A stretch of 64,000 bases of DNA from the human T2T-CHM13v2.0 reference genome, Homo sapiens: assembly GCA_009914755.4 (NCBI GenBank), contig CP086569.2, positions 992,001-1,056,000 of the forward strand. Reading direction: 5' to 3'. Position 1 is the first letter of the stretch, and each line of letters begins with the position of its first letter. The position numbers were made by a program, and so were the translations under genes. Positions 1 through 20,014 of the stretch are shown one piece after another. A model generated the notes under the pieces. It was given only the letters and a program-made list of their open reading frames with translations, did not search any database and was not told where the DNA came from.

Positions 1-266
<266 letters not shown>

Positions 267-602
267 TCACAGCATTTTCACGCAACGTCCATTCTACCTG
301 GAAGCACTCAAGGACATCATAGATTCTTGGAACATGCGATTCCTTTTGAAGGCAACCCCAGCTGTGACCTGCATGGTATGCACGTAGGCTAGTGTGCACA
401 CACCGACAAGCTAATAGTCTCAGCCCCGCTGGCCGAGACAAGGGGGACTTCCCAGACCCACGGGCGTAACTCCCACCATGACTGTGAGATGTGACTGACC
501 CTGAATGCTGCTGCTGGTGGCTACTCCCTCCAGCCCTGTTGATCATCCAACTTCTCTATGCCAAGATGTGTCTGTATCCGTCTACTCTCACGGTGCTAGT
601 GA

Positions 603-1204
<602 letters not shown>

Positions 1205-1848
1205 TGACGATGTCCAGGGCTGGCACAAGCTTCTAACTTTTCTGTGTACCTTTGGTAACAGTTACCGTGAAACTCTGACTCTCCCATGTAGGAAGCCGAT
1301 ATCCATGCTACCGCTGAACCCTCTCCATCCCACCTGTGGTCAACCCTCTCTCCATCTTATAGCCAGTTTCCATCATCCCCATTTACAAAGCTACCCTGGG
1401 TTTCCCTCTGTTTTCCCTCGCCGTGAAATATCAAGTTAGGAAAACCTCGCTGGAAAATCTCAGGGAACAATGTAGGAAGTCAGATTTCACGTCTGAAATC
1501 GGGGAAAAATGGAGACAGCTACGGTGCTTTTCCATGAGTGATAATTTCCTTTTCTACCCCTCCCTTGTTCCCTGGCAGTTGGGTTTACGATCGGCGGCAG
1601 ACGGATGGCTTTTTATGAGTTTCGTATTTTTCATAAGGCCACACTTCATTATTCGTATGTTGGGATGTCTTCTGCTTGCGTTCTAAATCATGCTGCGAAA
1701 TAAACTTAAACGAGAGAGAACATGATAAGCACCGTATTGTTTGTTTTTTATTTTGTTTTGTTCTGTTTTTGTTTTTGCTTTTGTTTTCTGCTCCCTGTTT
1801 GCAAATAAAGAGAATTGCCAAACTTGATTAAAAGTTGGTAGTTAAGGC

Positions 1849-2215
<367 letters not shown>

Positions 2216-2339
2216 GTTTTATTTTTTACTTTAAACGGATGGTAGGAAAAGTTTGTTGTTTTTGTTTGTTTGTTGTTTTGGTTTGTTTGTTGTTTTTGTT
2301 TGTTTTTTGTTTGATGTTTGTGGCTTAAATAAAAGCCAT

Positions 2340-3255
<916 letters not shown>

Positions 3256-3442
3256 GGCCCCTCATCTCCCTTTTTTATAAGGATACACTAATGAGATCAT
3301 TTTACCTGAATCACCTCTTTAAAGACCCTGCCTCCGAGTACATTCACATTCCGAAGTCCTGAGGATTAGGGCTTCAACATAAGAATTTTGAAAGCATGCA
3401 GTTCAGCCTCTACCAACCTGGAATATGCTGCTACTTCATATT

Positions 3443-3745
<303 letters not shown>

Positions 3746-4394
3746 GGCCAAGCCTTTCGTTCTGTCCAATCAGTCCTTCCACTGATTGGATACGGCCCAC
3801 CCACGTTGGGAAAGGCAATCTACTTTGCTCCGTGCATGGATTCAAATGCTCCTCTCATCCAGAGACCCTCCCACACACCTTGAATCGTGTCTGACCACAC
3901 ATCTGGGCACCCCGTGGCCCAGTCAACTGGACACATAAGTACCCAACACATTCTCTCCCTTGCTTTTGCCTCTAGACTAGATCATTCCCATCTGCAGAGA
4001 GACACACAGCCATTTTTTTTAGGTAAAACAATTTTTTCGAGTACATTCCCCCAAGCCTTCACCCCATCTCTTTGCTCCTTTTCCTAGCATAGCAGGACGT
4101 GGGTTTAGATGGCGCTTGAGTTTCTCCAGCATCGTCTTCATGCTCCCCTTTTCTCTCACTTCCTTCACTGCACACACCTGGGTCTCACCAAGATCCCTAC
4201 TAACCCCCAGTGATAAGTGCACCACTGGGTCACCTTTCCTGCACCGACTAGCATGGTGGACTCAGCTATCACCCCTTTCTCCTTGACTCACTCGGCTTCT
4301 AGAGTTCCACACCCTCTCTGTCTTCCTCCTACCCCTCTGGCAACTTCTCTCCAGTTGCGTTAGTCTATTCTCACACCGCTAATAAAGACATATC

Positions 4395-4605
4395 TGAAGC
4401 CGGGTGCGGTGGCTCACGTCTGTCATCCCAGCACTTTGGGAGGCCGAGGCGGGCGGATCACGAGGTCGGGAGATCGAGACCATCCTGGCTAACACGGTGA
4501 AACCTCGTCTCTACTAAAAATACAAAAAATTATTTTTGGGAGGCCCACCTCGGCCTCCCAAAGTGCTGGGATGACAGGCGTGAGCCACCGCGCCTGGCCC
4601 CATAT
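4395..4605 (+). mobile_element. Alu left monomer (+) followed by an inverted Alu 5'-end fragment (minus), forming an inverted Alu pair
   Basis: 4395-4530 'ccgggtgcggtggctcacgtctgtcatcccagcactttgggaggccgaggcgggcggatcacgaggtcgggagatcgagaccatcctggctaacacggtgaaacctcgtctctactaaaaatac'; 4548-4601 'cctcggcctcccaaagtgctgggatgacaggcgtgagccaccgcgcctggcccc' is identical to 3207-3260. Confidence 0.8.
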
Positions 4606-5448
4606 CACCAGATAGAATGTTCTAGAACGTTTTTCCGGAAAGATGTAGTCAGCCACAAACTCACTTCTTCTCCCTGAGCCACCCCCCTCCTTTTAAGAGG
4701 CAAACTGTCCACTGCCTCGCTGGCTTTGACCCCGAATACTTTTTCTCATTTCCATCAACATACCGGTTTTCTCACACACTATGTAATTTTCTTGTTTATT
4801 TCAGAGTTCCTTCTCTCTCTGATGAAGGGGTACGTTTCACCAGGACGGGGGTCTTGGTTTTGTCCTCTCCAAACAGTGCCTGACGTATGACATGTGCATT
4901 TACGGGATGAAGGAGGGAAACTTCAAACCCTCCCGGGTACCACCTTTGAAGCTGTCGGAAAGCGCTTTGGTGACCCCCATCTCTTTGGCACAGAGCATTT
5001 CGCCCCTTGTCAGCCTCATGCTATCAACATTCCTTGCCCGACTGTCTTTCGTTTCTGCGTAGGTGATATATGAGCCCGTGCTGTTCCCTGCCTCTTTCAA
5101 CCTATTAAATTGCTTTCACTTCTAATGAGAGACAGAGGTTTTCCTGCTTCACAGAGCCTCGTAAGCATCTGCTTGCAGACCTGAGACCTGATGAGGTGCT
5201 AATAAAATCCAGCAGAGGATGTGGCACCCACCAGCATTTCTGCGTCACATTTGTGTAATGTATGGCTCTAATCTGACCAGGTTTTCATGAGGAGCTTTGG
5301 AGGAATGTGTCTCAGCACCCTGAACACTCTGCAGTTACCTCCGCTCCGGGGACCAAGGCCTGTGTCTCATTCCCGAGCATCATCCGTGTAGGAATGGCCT
5401 GCCCGCCTAGCTCAGAAAAGGAAGCCTGCCCTGGCTGCTTGTTTTTGA

Positions 5449-6160
<712 letters not shown>

Positions 6161-7039
6161 TAACATAGCGGTATTGCACACATACCAGACTACAGTCTAA
6201 GCAAGGTGTATACGCAGTAGGAAAGTAAAACTGTGTATGACTCGCTTTATTGGGACATGAGCTTTATAGGGATGGTCTCTGCACATCAATTTGCACTTTC
6301 TCCAAGGCACGCCTGGATGGGGTGATATCCACGTCTGCGTCCTTAAAATGAGGGACGGTCATCTACTTTCGACGATTTCCTTTGCTGAGCTTTGCCGAGC
6401 ACCGTGACAAATCAGCTGAGCTCGCAGACACACCATGGGTAAGTAGGAGATGATTGTCATCCAAGGGCTAAGTTAATCCCCTCTTTCATATTTACCTTAC
6501 ACTTACCAGCTCCCACTTTAAGGTCCATTAAAATAAAGCTCTCTGAGTCCCCAGAGAAACGGCTCTCACCAGTGAGCCCGAGGGGAAAACGTGTCAGTCA
6601 AGCTATTATTGGTGCTAATTAGCTGCTGTGCCGGCTGAGAGAAAGCACGGCTGCAGACACGTGTCAGTCAGAGAGGCATCTTTCTCCCCGCCTTGGCACG
6701 CATCTCTGCCTTTTTGCCATCTTCTGCCTTTGGTCATCTTCTGCCTTTGGTCATCTTCTGCCTTTTTGCCATCACGGAAACTGTCTCCAAACTAAGCAAA
6801 CAGGTCTCAGGGATCAACAGGAATGATATCCACCCTCCTGAGGGTTCCTTTGCTCCTGGATCTTGAATACTCCCAGAGACCCCCAACTGTAGGCCAAAAG
6901 CCGATGCCAGGTCTGCAGAGGAGGCCCCTGTGAAAATGGCCAGCTGATAACTATTATTACGTTGCTTTTTTTCATTTGGAAAGTCTGTGGGAGTGTCCCC
7001 GAGTTTAAGTCAGGAAGGAACATTTAAAAACAGAATCTT

Positions 7040-9905
<2,866 letters not shown>

Positions 9906-10364
9906 CCTACTCAAAAAAAAAAAACAAAAAAAAAAACAAACAAAAAAAAAACAGAAAACCGCATCGTCTCCAAGGCACTGGGGAGACTCCAGCTACAAAG
10001 ACAAACAGGTGCGCAGGGGATTTTTCATTAAAGCGACAGGAATTTTCTCCATTTTTAAGTATCGTAAACATATACAACACACAGGAAATGAGTCCTCGGA
10101 GGCTGTTTGGGCCCAGAGCAGCAGAGATAATTAGGTTAGTGAAGTAATTGAAATACAATATCACAGGATAGCTTGGCCGTCCTTCCCGTCTTTATTAGGG
10201 TGGATTATACCTGCTTGAGAGATTATTTATAGCCTCGTGGTATCCTGGTAATAAAAGATTGGTAATGGAAAAGTGTATCTAAACAGGACACGGATGACAT
10301 CAGCATTGCAAATTTTTCTGAGCAAATGAGAAGGGAAGAGATAGTATAAAATTATTAATAAATT

Positions 10365-10800
10365 ACGTTAGGCACCGTGGCTCACGCCTGTCATCCCAGC
10401 ACTTTGGGAAGCCGAGGTAGGTGGATGACCTGAGGTCAGGAGTTCGAGACCAGCCTGGCCAACACAGAGAAACCCCGTCTCTACTAAAAATACAAAAATT
10501 AGCCAGGCGTGGTGGTGCATGCCTGTCATCCCAGCACTTTGGGAGTCTGATGCAGGCGGATCACCTGAGGTTGGGAGTTCGACACCAGCCTGGCCAACAT
10601 GGTGAAACCCCATCTCTACCAAGATACAAAAATGAGCTGGGCGTGGTGGTGGGCACCTGTAATCCCAGCTACTCAGGAGGGAGGCCGAGGCAGGAGAATG
10701 GCGTGAACCCGGGAGGCGGAGGTTGCAGTCAGCTGAGATTGCACCACTGCACTCCAGCCTGGGAGACAGAGGGAGACTCCATGTCAAAAAAAAAAAAAAA
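10365..10800 (+). mobile_element. Alu SINE with tandemly duplicated left monomer
   Basis: 'ggcaccgtggctcacgcctgtcatcccagcactttgggaagccgaggtaggtggatgacctgaggtcaggagttcgagaccagcctggccaacacagagaaaccccgtctctactaaaaatacaaaaattagccaggcgtggtggtgcatgcctgtcatcccagcactttgggagtctgatgcaggcggatcacctgaggttgggagttcgacaccagcc...' repeats the left arm twice before the right arm and a poly-A at 10786-10803. Confidence 0.85.
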
Positions 10801-11214
10801 AAATTATCCAAGAGAAGAGATACATGGAGCAGAGTATAGGAGAGGCAGGCACAAGCTTCTTGTTGTCTCTTCCCAGTGGAAGGGTAGACCCAGCTTCTCC
10901 CAGCCATGATGTGTGACAGCAAACGCAAGATATTGCCGAGTAGATAAGTTCATCCACGTCTGGAATTCCAGGGTCTTTACTGGGGGGATGGTCTACACAG
11001 GAGGAACCTCCTGCTTGGCTGACTTCAGGATCCAGCCCTTCCAGAGGTGAAGGTGAATCCATGTTCCCCCAAACCCCGCCGCAGATCACATGGCAGCTTA
11101 AGTAACCTGGTGTGGCCCAGACCACGCAGCACGGCCCAAGACACCCGGGCAAACGCGGACGTTTTTCCTGGGGTCCTTGGAATGTTCTGCCTGATAAGAG
11201 TGTCCTTCTGGCAG

Positions 11215-11760
<546 letters not shown>

Positions 11761-11785
11761 GTCACCACACGTGGCTAACTGCAGG

Positions 11786-13085
11786 ATGTGAACATCTTTG
11801 GGGACATTATTCTGTCCCCCACATGGGGATTAGGACGTGGACATCTTTGGGGACATTATTCTGTCTATCACATGGGGATTAGGACGTGGACATCTTTGGG
11901 GACATTATTCTGTCTACCTCATGGGGATTAGGACGTGGACATCTTTGGGGCCATTATTCTGTCTATCACATGGGGATTAGGACGTGGACATCTTTGGGGA
12001 CATTATTCTGTCTCCCACATGGGGATTAGGACGTGGACATCTTTGGGGCCATTATTCTGTCTATCACATGGGGATTAGGACGTGGACATCTTTGGGGCCA
12101 TTATTCTGTCTATCACATGGGGATTAGGACGTGGACATCTTTGGGGACATTATTCTGTCTATCACATGGGGATTAGGACGTGGACATCTTTGGGGCCATT
12201 ATTCTGTCTATCACATGGGGATTAGGACGTGGACATCTTTGGGGACATTATTCTGTCTATCACATGGGGATTAGGACGTGGACATCTTTGGGGACATTAT
12301 TCTGTCTATCACATGGGGATTAGGACGTGGACATCTTTGGGGACATTATTCTGTCTATCACATGGGGATTAGGACGTGGACATCTTTGGGGACATTATTC
12401 TGTCTCCCACATGGGGATTAGGACGTGGACATCTTTGGGGCCATTATTCTGTCTATCACATGGGGATTAGGACGTGGACATCTTTGGGGCCATTATTCTG
12501 TCTATCACATGGGGATTAGGACGTGGACATCTTTGGGGACATTATTCTGTCTATCACATGGGGATTAGGACGTGGACATCTTTGGGGACATTATTCTGTC
12601 TATCACATGGGGATTAGGACGTGGACATCTTTGGGGACATTATTCTGTCTCCCACATGGGGATTAGGACATGGACATCTTGGGGACATTATTCTGTCTAT
12701 CACATGGGGATTAGGACGTGGACATCTTTGGGGCCATTATTCTGTCTCCCACATGGGGATTAGGACGTGGACATCTTTGGGGACATTATTCTGTCTATCA
12801 CATGGGGATTAGGACGTGGACATCTTTGGGGACATTATTCTGTCTATCACATGGGGATTAGGACGTGGACATCTTTGGGGCCATTATTCTGTCTCCCACA
12901 TGGGGATTAGGACGTGGACATCTTTGGGGCCATTATTCTGTCTATCACATGGGGATTAGGACGTGGACATCTTTGGGGCCATTATTCTGTCTCCCACATG
13001 GGGATCAGGACGTGGACATCTTTGGGGCCATTATTCTGTCTATCACATGGGGATCAGGACGTGGACATCTTTGGGAGTGACATTA
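11786..13085. repeat. 49-bp minisatellite, about 26.5 tandem copies
   Basis: unit 'gtggacatctttggggacattattctgtctatcacatggggattaggac' with two interspersed variants ('tctatcacatgg'/'tctcccacatgg', 'gggacattatt'/'gggccattatt'); period 49 checked on successive lines. Confidence 0.95.
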
Positions 13086-13796
13086 TTTATCCCTCCACCA
13101 TTCACTCTGTCCCAGGATCCATTCCATCCTCCCCTGACTTCCCTTTCTTGTGAGCGTGGCTGAGGCAAAATCTGCCCCTCTCCCAAGACTGCAGGCTGCA
13201 CCTGCCCCGACTCCGCATTTCTCTTCCTCTTACGTACGCCCCTTCAATGCCATTCCTCTGTCTCACTTCACGTCTGTTCAGTGCTTTCAGGAGAGAATTC
13301 ACCGGGGGGATCACCTCTGAACAACGCCATTCACCAGCTCTCTGGGGCCTGCGAGTCTCTGCCTTCATCCTCACGGTCTACGAGGCAACATGATCCTGCT
13401 TTTTTATTATTCCTGGGTGGACGCTAACCGCCTCCTGGTTTCCTGGGGCCCAGCAACGTCCACACTGGCCCTCCTGGCTTCTTTGTCTAGATTCCCTTCT
13501 TGAACTTCAATGTGAAGCGTTTGCATACCTGCCACCAGCCTTCCTCCCATGTTCCAAAGCCCGGTCAGCTTTCTCACAGCGGAACTCAAACACCAGGGGC
13601 TTATCTTCACCAGTGCTGCAAAAACAGCCTTTCCCAACGGGCCTTCTCTTTCATGTCGAGCCCGTTCCTCCTCTTCCCTCCCTCCTGTGGGCAGCGGCGG
13701 CTGCGTTTCTGAGCAACTGGCTTCATGGGGGCGGAAAGACACAGAAGATGCTTCTGCAGGGGGACGGTTTCTGAAGCCCACATGACCAGTGGGGCA

Positions 13797-14890
<1,094 letters not shown>

Positions 14891-15074
14891 AACATTCTTT
14901 TAAATGACAGTGGTGAAGAGCCAAAAAATAATAATAATAATTCTTTTTGTAGTAGTAGATTCAGTTCTAAAGCAAACTTCTTTAAAGACTGGGTGCAAAG
15001 CTACCTTTACACACAGAGAGAAACTTCACCCGGAGACAGGATTGCTAGTTGCTGAGATGTACTCAGATCAAACT

Positions 15075-15245
15075 AAGCTGGAGAGGGGCTCTTGGCCTCA
15101 GCACTGCTGACATTTGCGGCTGGAAGATTCTTTGCTGTGGGGCCATCCTGGGCACTGGAGGGTGTTGAGCAGTGTCCCTGGGCTGCACCCACCAGGTTCC
15201 AAAACCACCCACTCCCCAGTGAGGGCAACAAAAAATGAAAAATGA
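15075..15245 (-). mobile_element. MER5-like (hAT-Charlie) DNA transposon fragment, copy 1
   Basis: 'gcctcagcactgctgacatttgcggctggaagattctttgctgtggggccatcctgggcactggagggtgttgagcagtgtccctgggctgcacccaccag' resembles the reverse complement of remembered MER5A consensus ('...GGCCAGGGATGCTGCTAAACATCCTACAATGCACAGGACAGCCCCC...'). Confidence 0.6.
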
Positions 15246-15294
15246 CCGTAAATACTGCCCGATGGCACCTTAGAGCAGAATTATCTGCAGTTGG

Positions 15295-15990
<696 letters not shown>

Positions 15991-16009
15991 CAGAAAAATA
16001 AACAGGGAC

Positions 16010-16330
16010 TGGGCGTGGTGGCTCACACCTGCAATCCCAGAACTTTGGGAGGCTGAGGCGGGCGGATCACCCGAGGTCAGGAGTTTGAGACCAGCCTGGC
16101 CAACATGGTGAAACCCCATCTCTACTAAAAATACAAAAATCAGCCGGGCGTGGTGGTGCACACCTACAATCCCAGCTACTCGGGCATGGTGGTGCACACC
16201 TACAGTCCCAGCTACTTGGGAGACAGAGGCAGGAGAATCACTTTAACCTGGAAGAAGGAGGTTGCAGTGAGCTGAGATCGTGCCATTGCGCTCCAGCCTG
16301 GAAGATGAGAGTGAAACTCCATCAAAGAAA
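16010..16330 (+). mobile_element. Alu SINE with internal duplication of the right-arm start
   Basis: 'ctgggcgtggtggctcacacctgcaatcccagaactttgggaggctgaggcgggcggatcacccgaggtc...cagccgggcgtggtggtgcacacctacaatcccagctactcgggcatggtggtgcacacctacagtcccagctacttgggaga'. Confidence 0.85.
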
Positions 16331-16700
16331 GGAAGAAAGAAAGAGAAAGAAAGGAAAAGAAAGAAAGAGAGAGAAAGGAAAGGAAGGAAGGATGGAAGGA
16401 AGGGCAAGAAAGAGAGAGAGAAATAAAGAAAGAAAGAAAAGAGAGAAAGGAAAGGAAGGAAGGATGGAAGGAAGGGAAAGAAAGAGAGAGAGAAAGAAAG
16501 AAAGAAGAAGGAGAAAGAAAGAAGAGAGAGGAAAGGAAGGAAGGATGGAAGGAAGGGAAAGAAAGAGAAAGAAAGAAAGAAAGAGAAAAAGAAAGAGAAA
16601 GAAAGAGAAAAAGAAGAAAGAAAGAAAAAAGAAAGAAAGAGAGAAAGAAAGAAAGAAAGAAAGAAAAGAAAAGAAAAAGAAAAATAGGGAGACAGATGCA
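16320..16700 (+). repeat. (GAAA)n/(GGAA)n polypurine tract
   Basis: 'gaaaggaagaaagaaagagaaagaaaggaaaagaaagaaagagagagaaaggaaaggaaggaaggatggaagg...'. Confidence 0.95.
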
Positions 16701-16719
16701 GAGACGGAGTGTCTTGTGT

Positions 16720-16955
16720 CTGAGCCTCAGCACTGCTGACATTTAGGGCTGGATGACTGACTCTGTGATGGGGCCGTCCTGTGCCCTGTAGGATGCTGAG
16801 GAGCATCTCTGGGCTCGCCCACCGGGCCCCAGGAGCACCCCCTATCCCAGTTCTGACAACTAAAGGTAATTTCCAGACAGTGCTCAGTGTCCTCTGCGGG
16901 TGCAGAATCGCCCCTGGCTGAGGACCTCTCACCACTGATGTCTCCCTGACTCTGA
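16720..16955 (-). mobile_element. MER5-like DNA transposon fragment, copy 2 (longer)
   Basis: 'gcctcagcactgctgacatttagggctggatgactgactctgtgatggggccgtcctgtgccctgtaggatgctgaggagcatctctgggctcgcccaccgggccccaggagcaccccctatcccagttctgacaactaaaggtaatttccagacagtgctcagtgtcctctgcgggtgcagaatcgcccctggctgagga' is homologous to 15075-15245 and to the remembered MER5A consensus. Confidence 0.65.
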
Positions 16956-16999
16956 GAGTTTTACCCATGGGTGATGATACTTTGGAACTCAGAATATCC

Positions 17000-17440
17000 T
17001 GTAGCCATTTATGTCCCAGGGAGAGAGAGGAAGAGAGAGGAGAAAGCGGAAGAGAGACGAGAGAGAGAGAGAGAGAGAAGAGAGAGAAAAGATAGAAAGA
17101 GAAAGAGAGGAGAGAGAGAGAGGACAGAGAAAGAGGAGAGAGAGAGAGGAGAGAGAAACAGAGAGGAGAGAGGACAGAGAGAAGAGAGAGGAGAGAGAAA
17201 AAGAGAGGACACAGAAAGAGGAGAGAGAAAGAGAGAGGAGAGAGAGAAAAGAGGGAAAGAGGAGAGAGAGAAAAGAGGGAAAGAGGAGGGAGAGAGAGGA
17301 CAGAGAAAGAGGAGGGAGAGAGAGGACAGAGAAAGAGGAGAGACACAGGAGAGAGAAAGAAAGAGAAGAGAGAGAGGAGAGAGGGAAAGAGAGAAAGAGA
17401 TAGAGAGGAGAGAGAGAGAGAGAGCAAGACCCACCTCTTT
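17000..17440 (+). repeat. (GA)n-rich polypurine tract
   Basis: 'gagagagaggaagagagaggagaaagcggaagagagacgagagagagagagagagaagagagagaaaagatagaaagag...'. Confidence 0.95.
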
Positions 17441-18362
17441 CTCTGTTTCTGAAATCAGGATTTTGCACCCGGAAAAGAGCACATTGAGGCCGGCCTTCCA
17501 GTTGCGGTGGGGCTGAGCCCGTGTCTGCAACCCAGATGCCATTTGGGAAATCATGGTTTTCTCCTGCACAGGGTCCATAGGCCCGGGGGGCAAATTTCCC
17601 ACTTAACAGACGGTCCTTCTAGCAGGGTTGGTACAGAAGCTTCCCTTTCACTAACATCTTCCAACCTTCCTTCTAAAAAAAAAAAAAAAAAAAGTAGGGG
17701 GAGAGGGGGAGGTAACCACAGAACAGTTCTTTTATTTATTTTCCCCAAAACAATCAACTATTTAGCCAGCGCGTCCCTGGCTTCTCACCTTGGTGGTCAG
17801 GTCATTAATTATGAGCCCAGGTCGCCGCTAAAGACCTTTCCTGGCTGGTCCTGCCTCGGTGCACACAGCAGCAATAGCTGGGGCTTGTCAGGGCCTCCGC
17901 AGACCCCCAGGAGCTGGGGTGAGGGAAAGTGAGTCCTAAAAGGGCCACTGTGCCTGGAAGGACGAAGGAGGGAGCTGGGAGGAGGGAGGGAGGGAGACCG
18001 TGGTCTCTCTCCAGCCTCTGGAGGCCGTGCCAACTGGGGCTGACGGAGAGGGTGCATTTCACCCTGGCAATGCCTCCACTTTTCCCGGATTCAGAACTTG
18101 CAGCCTTGGAGTCTGGGGCAGGAGAGCCTGCCTTCTGGGAACCCCTCTGTCTCGAGATGATGAGGGTCACAGCTTCCCCATCACAGCTGGCCAATCGAGG
18201 CACGACCAAAATCGATTCACAGGAGTCTGTGCCTCGACCTCCAAAGCCACATTGGCTTTTTTTGCTCTGCGTGTCTTCAATCTCTCCAGCTGGCTGAGAG
18301 TGTATTTTTTTTTACAAGAGACATTTAGGATGAGAAATGAAGGTTTACATGAATTAAACAGG

Positions 18363-18920
<558 letters not shown>

Positions 18921-18944
18921 AAAAAAAAGTTAAGATTCTATGAC

Positions 18945-19200
18945 ACTGGGTGCAGGAGCTCACGCCTGTAGCCTGTAATGCCAGCACTTTGGGAGGCTGA
19001 GGCAGGCGGATCGCCTGAGGTCGGGAGTTCGAGACCAGCCTGGCCAACATGGCGAAACCCCATCTCTACTAAAAATACAAAAATTAGTCGGGCGTGGTGG
19101 TGGGCGCCTGTAATCCCAGCTACTTGGGAGGCTGAGGCAGGAGAATCGCTGAAACTTGATCTAAAATAATAATAATAATAATAATAATAAATCCATAAAT
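18945..19200 (+). mobile_element. Alu SINE (3'-truncated) followed by (AAT)n
   Basis: 'gggtgcaggagctcacgcctgtagcctgtaatgccagcactttgggaggctgaggcaggcggatcgcctgaggtcgggagttcgagaccagcc...'; 'aataataataataataataataa' 19165-19195. Confidence 0.85.
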
Positions 19201-19225
19201 GTATACTGAGAAGTAGAGTATTTAA

Positions 19226-19550
<325 letters not shown>

Positions 19551-20014
19551 GAATGTCATTAATGCCACAAAACTATAAACTTCAAAGTGGTTAAGACGGT
19601 AAAGTTTACATGATGTATTTTTGACCATCATTTTTAAAAAGAAGTTTATATGCAAAAGTTCATCTGATTCTTTCATTGTTCACTAACGTTCACTGTAATA
19701 TTCCTTGCTACAAAGCAAGCCCGCTCTGAATCACAGTTGCCCTCAGGATGTAATAAAACCTTACTTAAGAATAATATAAACCACCTTCTTTCCTGCGGGA
19801 ATTTGGCCGTACATGGAATGAGGCTGGAGTCTCCGAGTCAGGAATTCCTCATGTTGAAAGCTTTGATGTCTGGAACCACCCTGGAGGAATGTAGCTAATT
19901 CTGTTTTTGAGTTTTCACGGATCCCTAATATGGACAGAGACATCGTGACAACTTTGGTTCTGGGGTCGTGCTGACCCAAGACTGCACCTAGATTTCCTGC
20001 TGTGGGCGCATGGC

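Noticed and set aside
11786-13163. Cluster of 63-79-aa 'MDIFGDIILSITWGLGRGHLWGHYSVSHMGIRTWTS' ORFs; a CRISPR-like array was also considered
   Set aside because: Frame-cycling translation of a 49-bp tandem repeat. Units are contiguous with no unique spacers, and this is eukaryotic DNA, so this is a minisatellite, not a CRISPR array and not a gene.
13407-13785. Overlapping 70-124-aa ORFs on both strands in GC-rich unique sequence
   Set aside because: Products are not protein-like (P/S/R-rich, no hydrophobic core pattern). There is no splice or start context. Overlapping ORFs on opposite strands are expected by chance in GC-rich DNA.
16212-17602. 176-394-aa ORFs at 16.2-17.6 kb and similar ones at 28.0-28.6, 30.0-30.8 and 34.4-35.3 kb
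   Set aside because: All overlap (GAAA)n, (GA)n, (CATATA)n, (GGAA)n or (TTTC)n microsatellites and are low-complexity artefacts.
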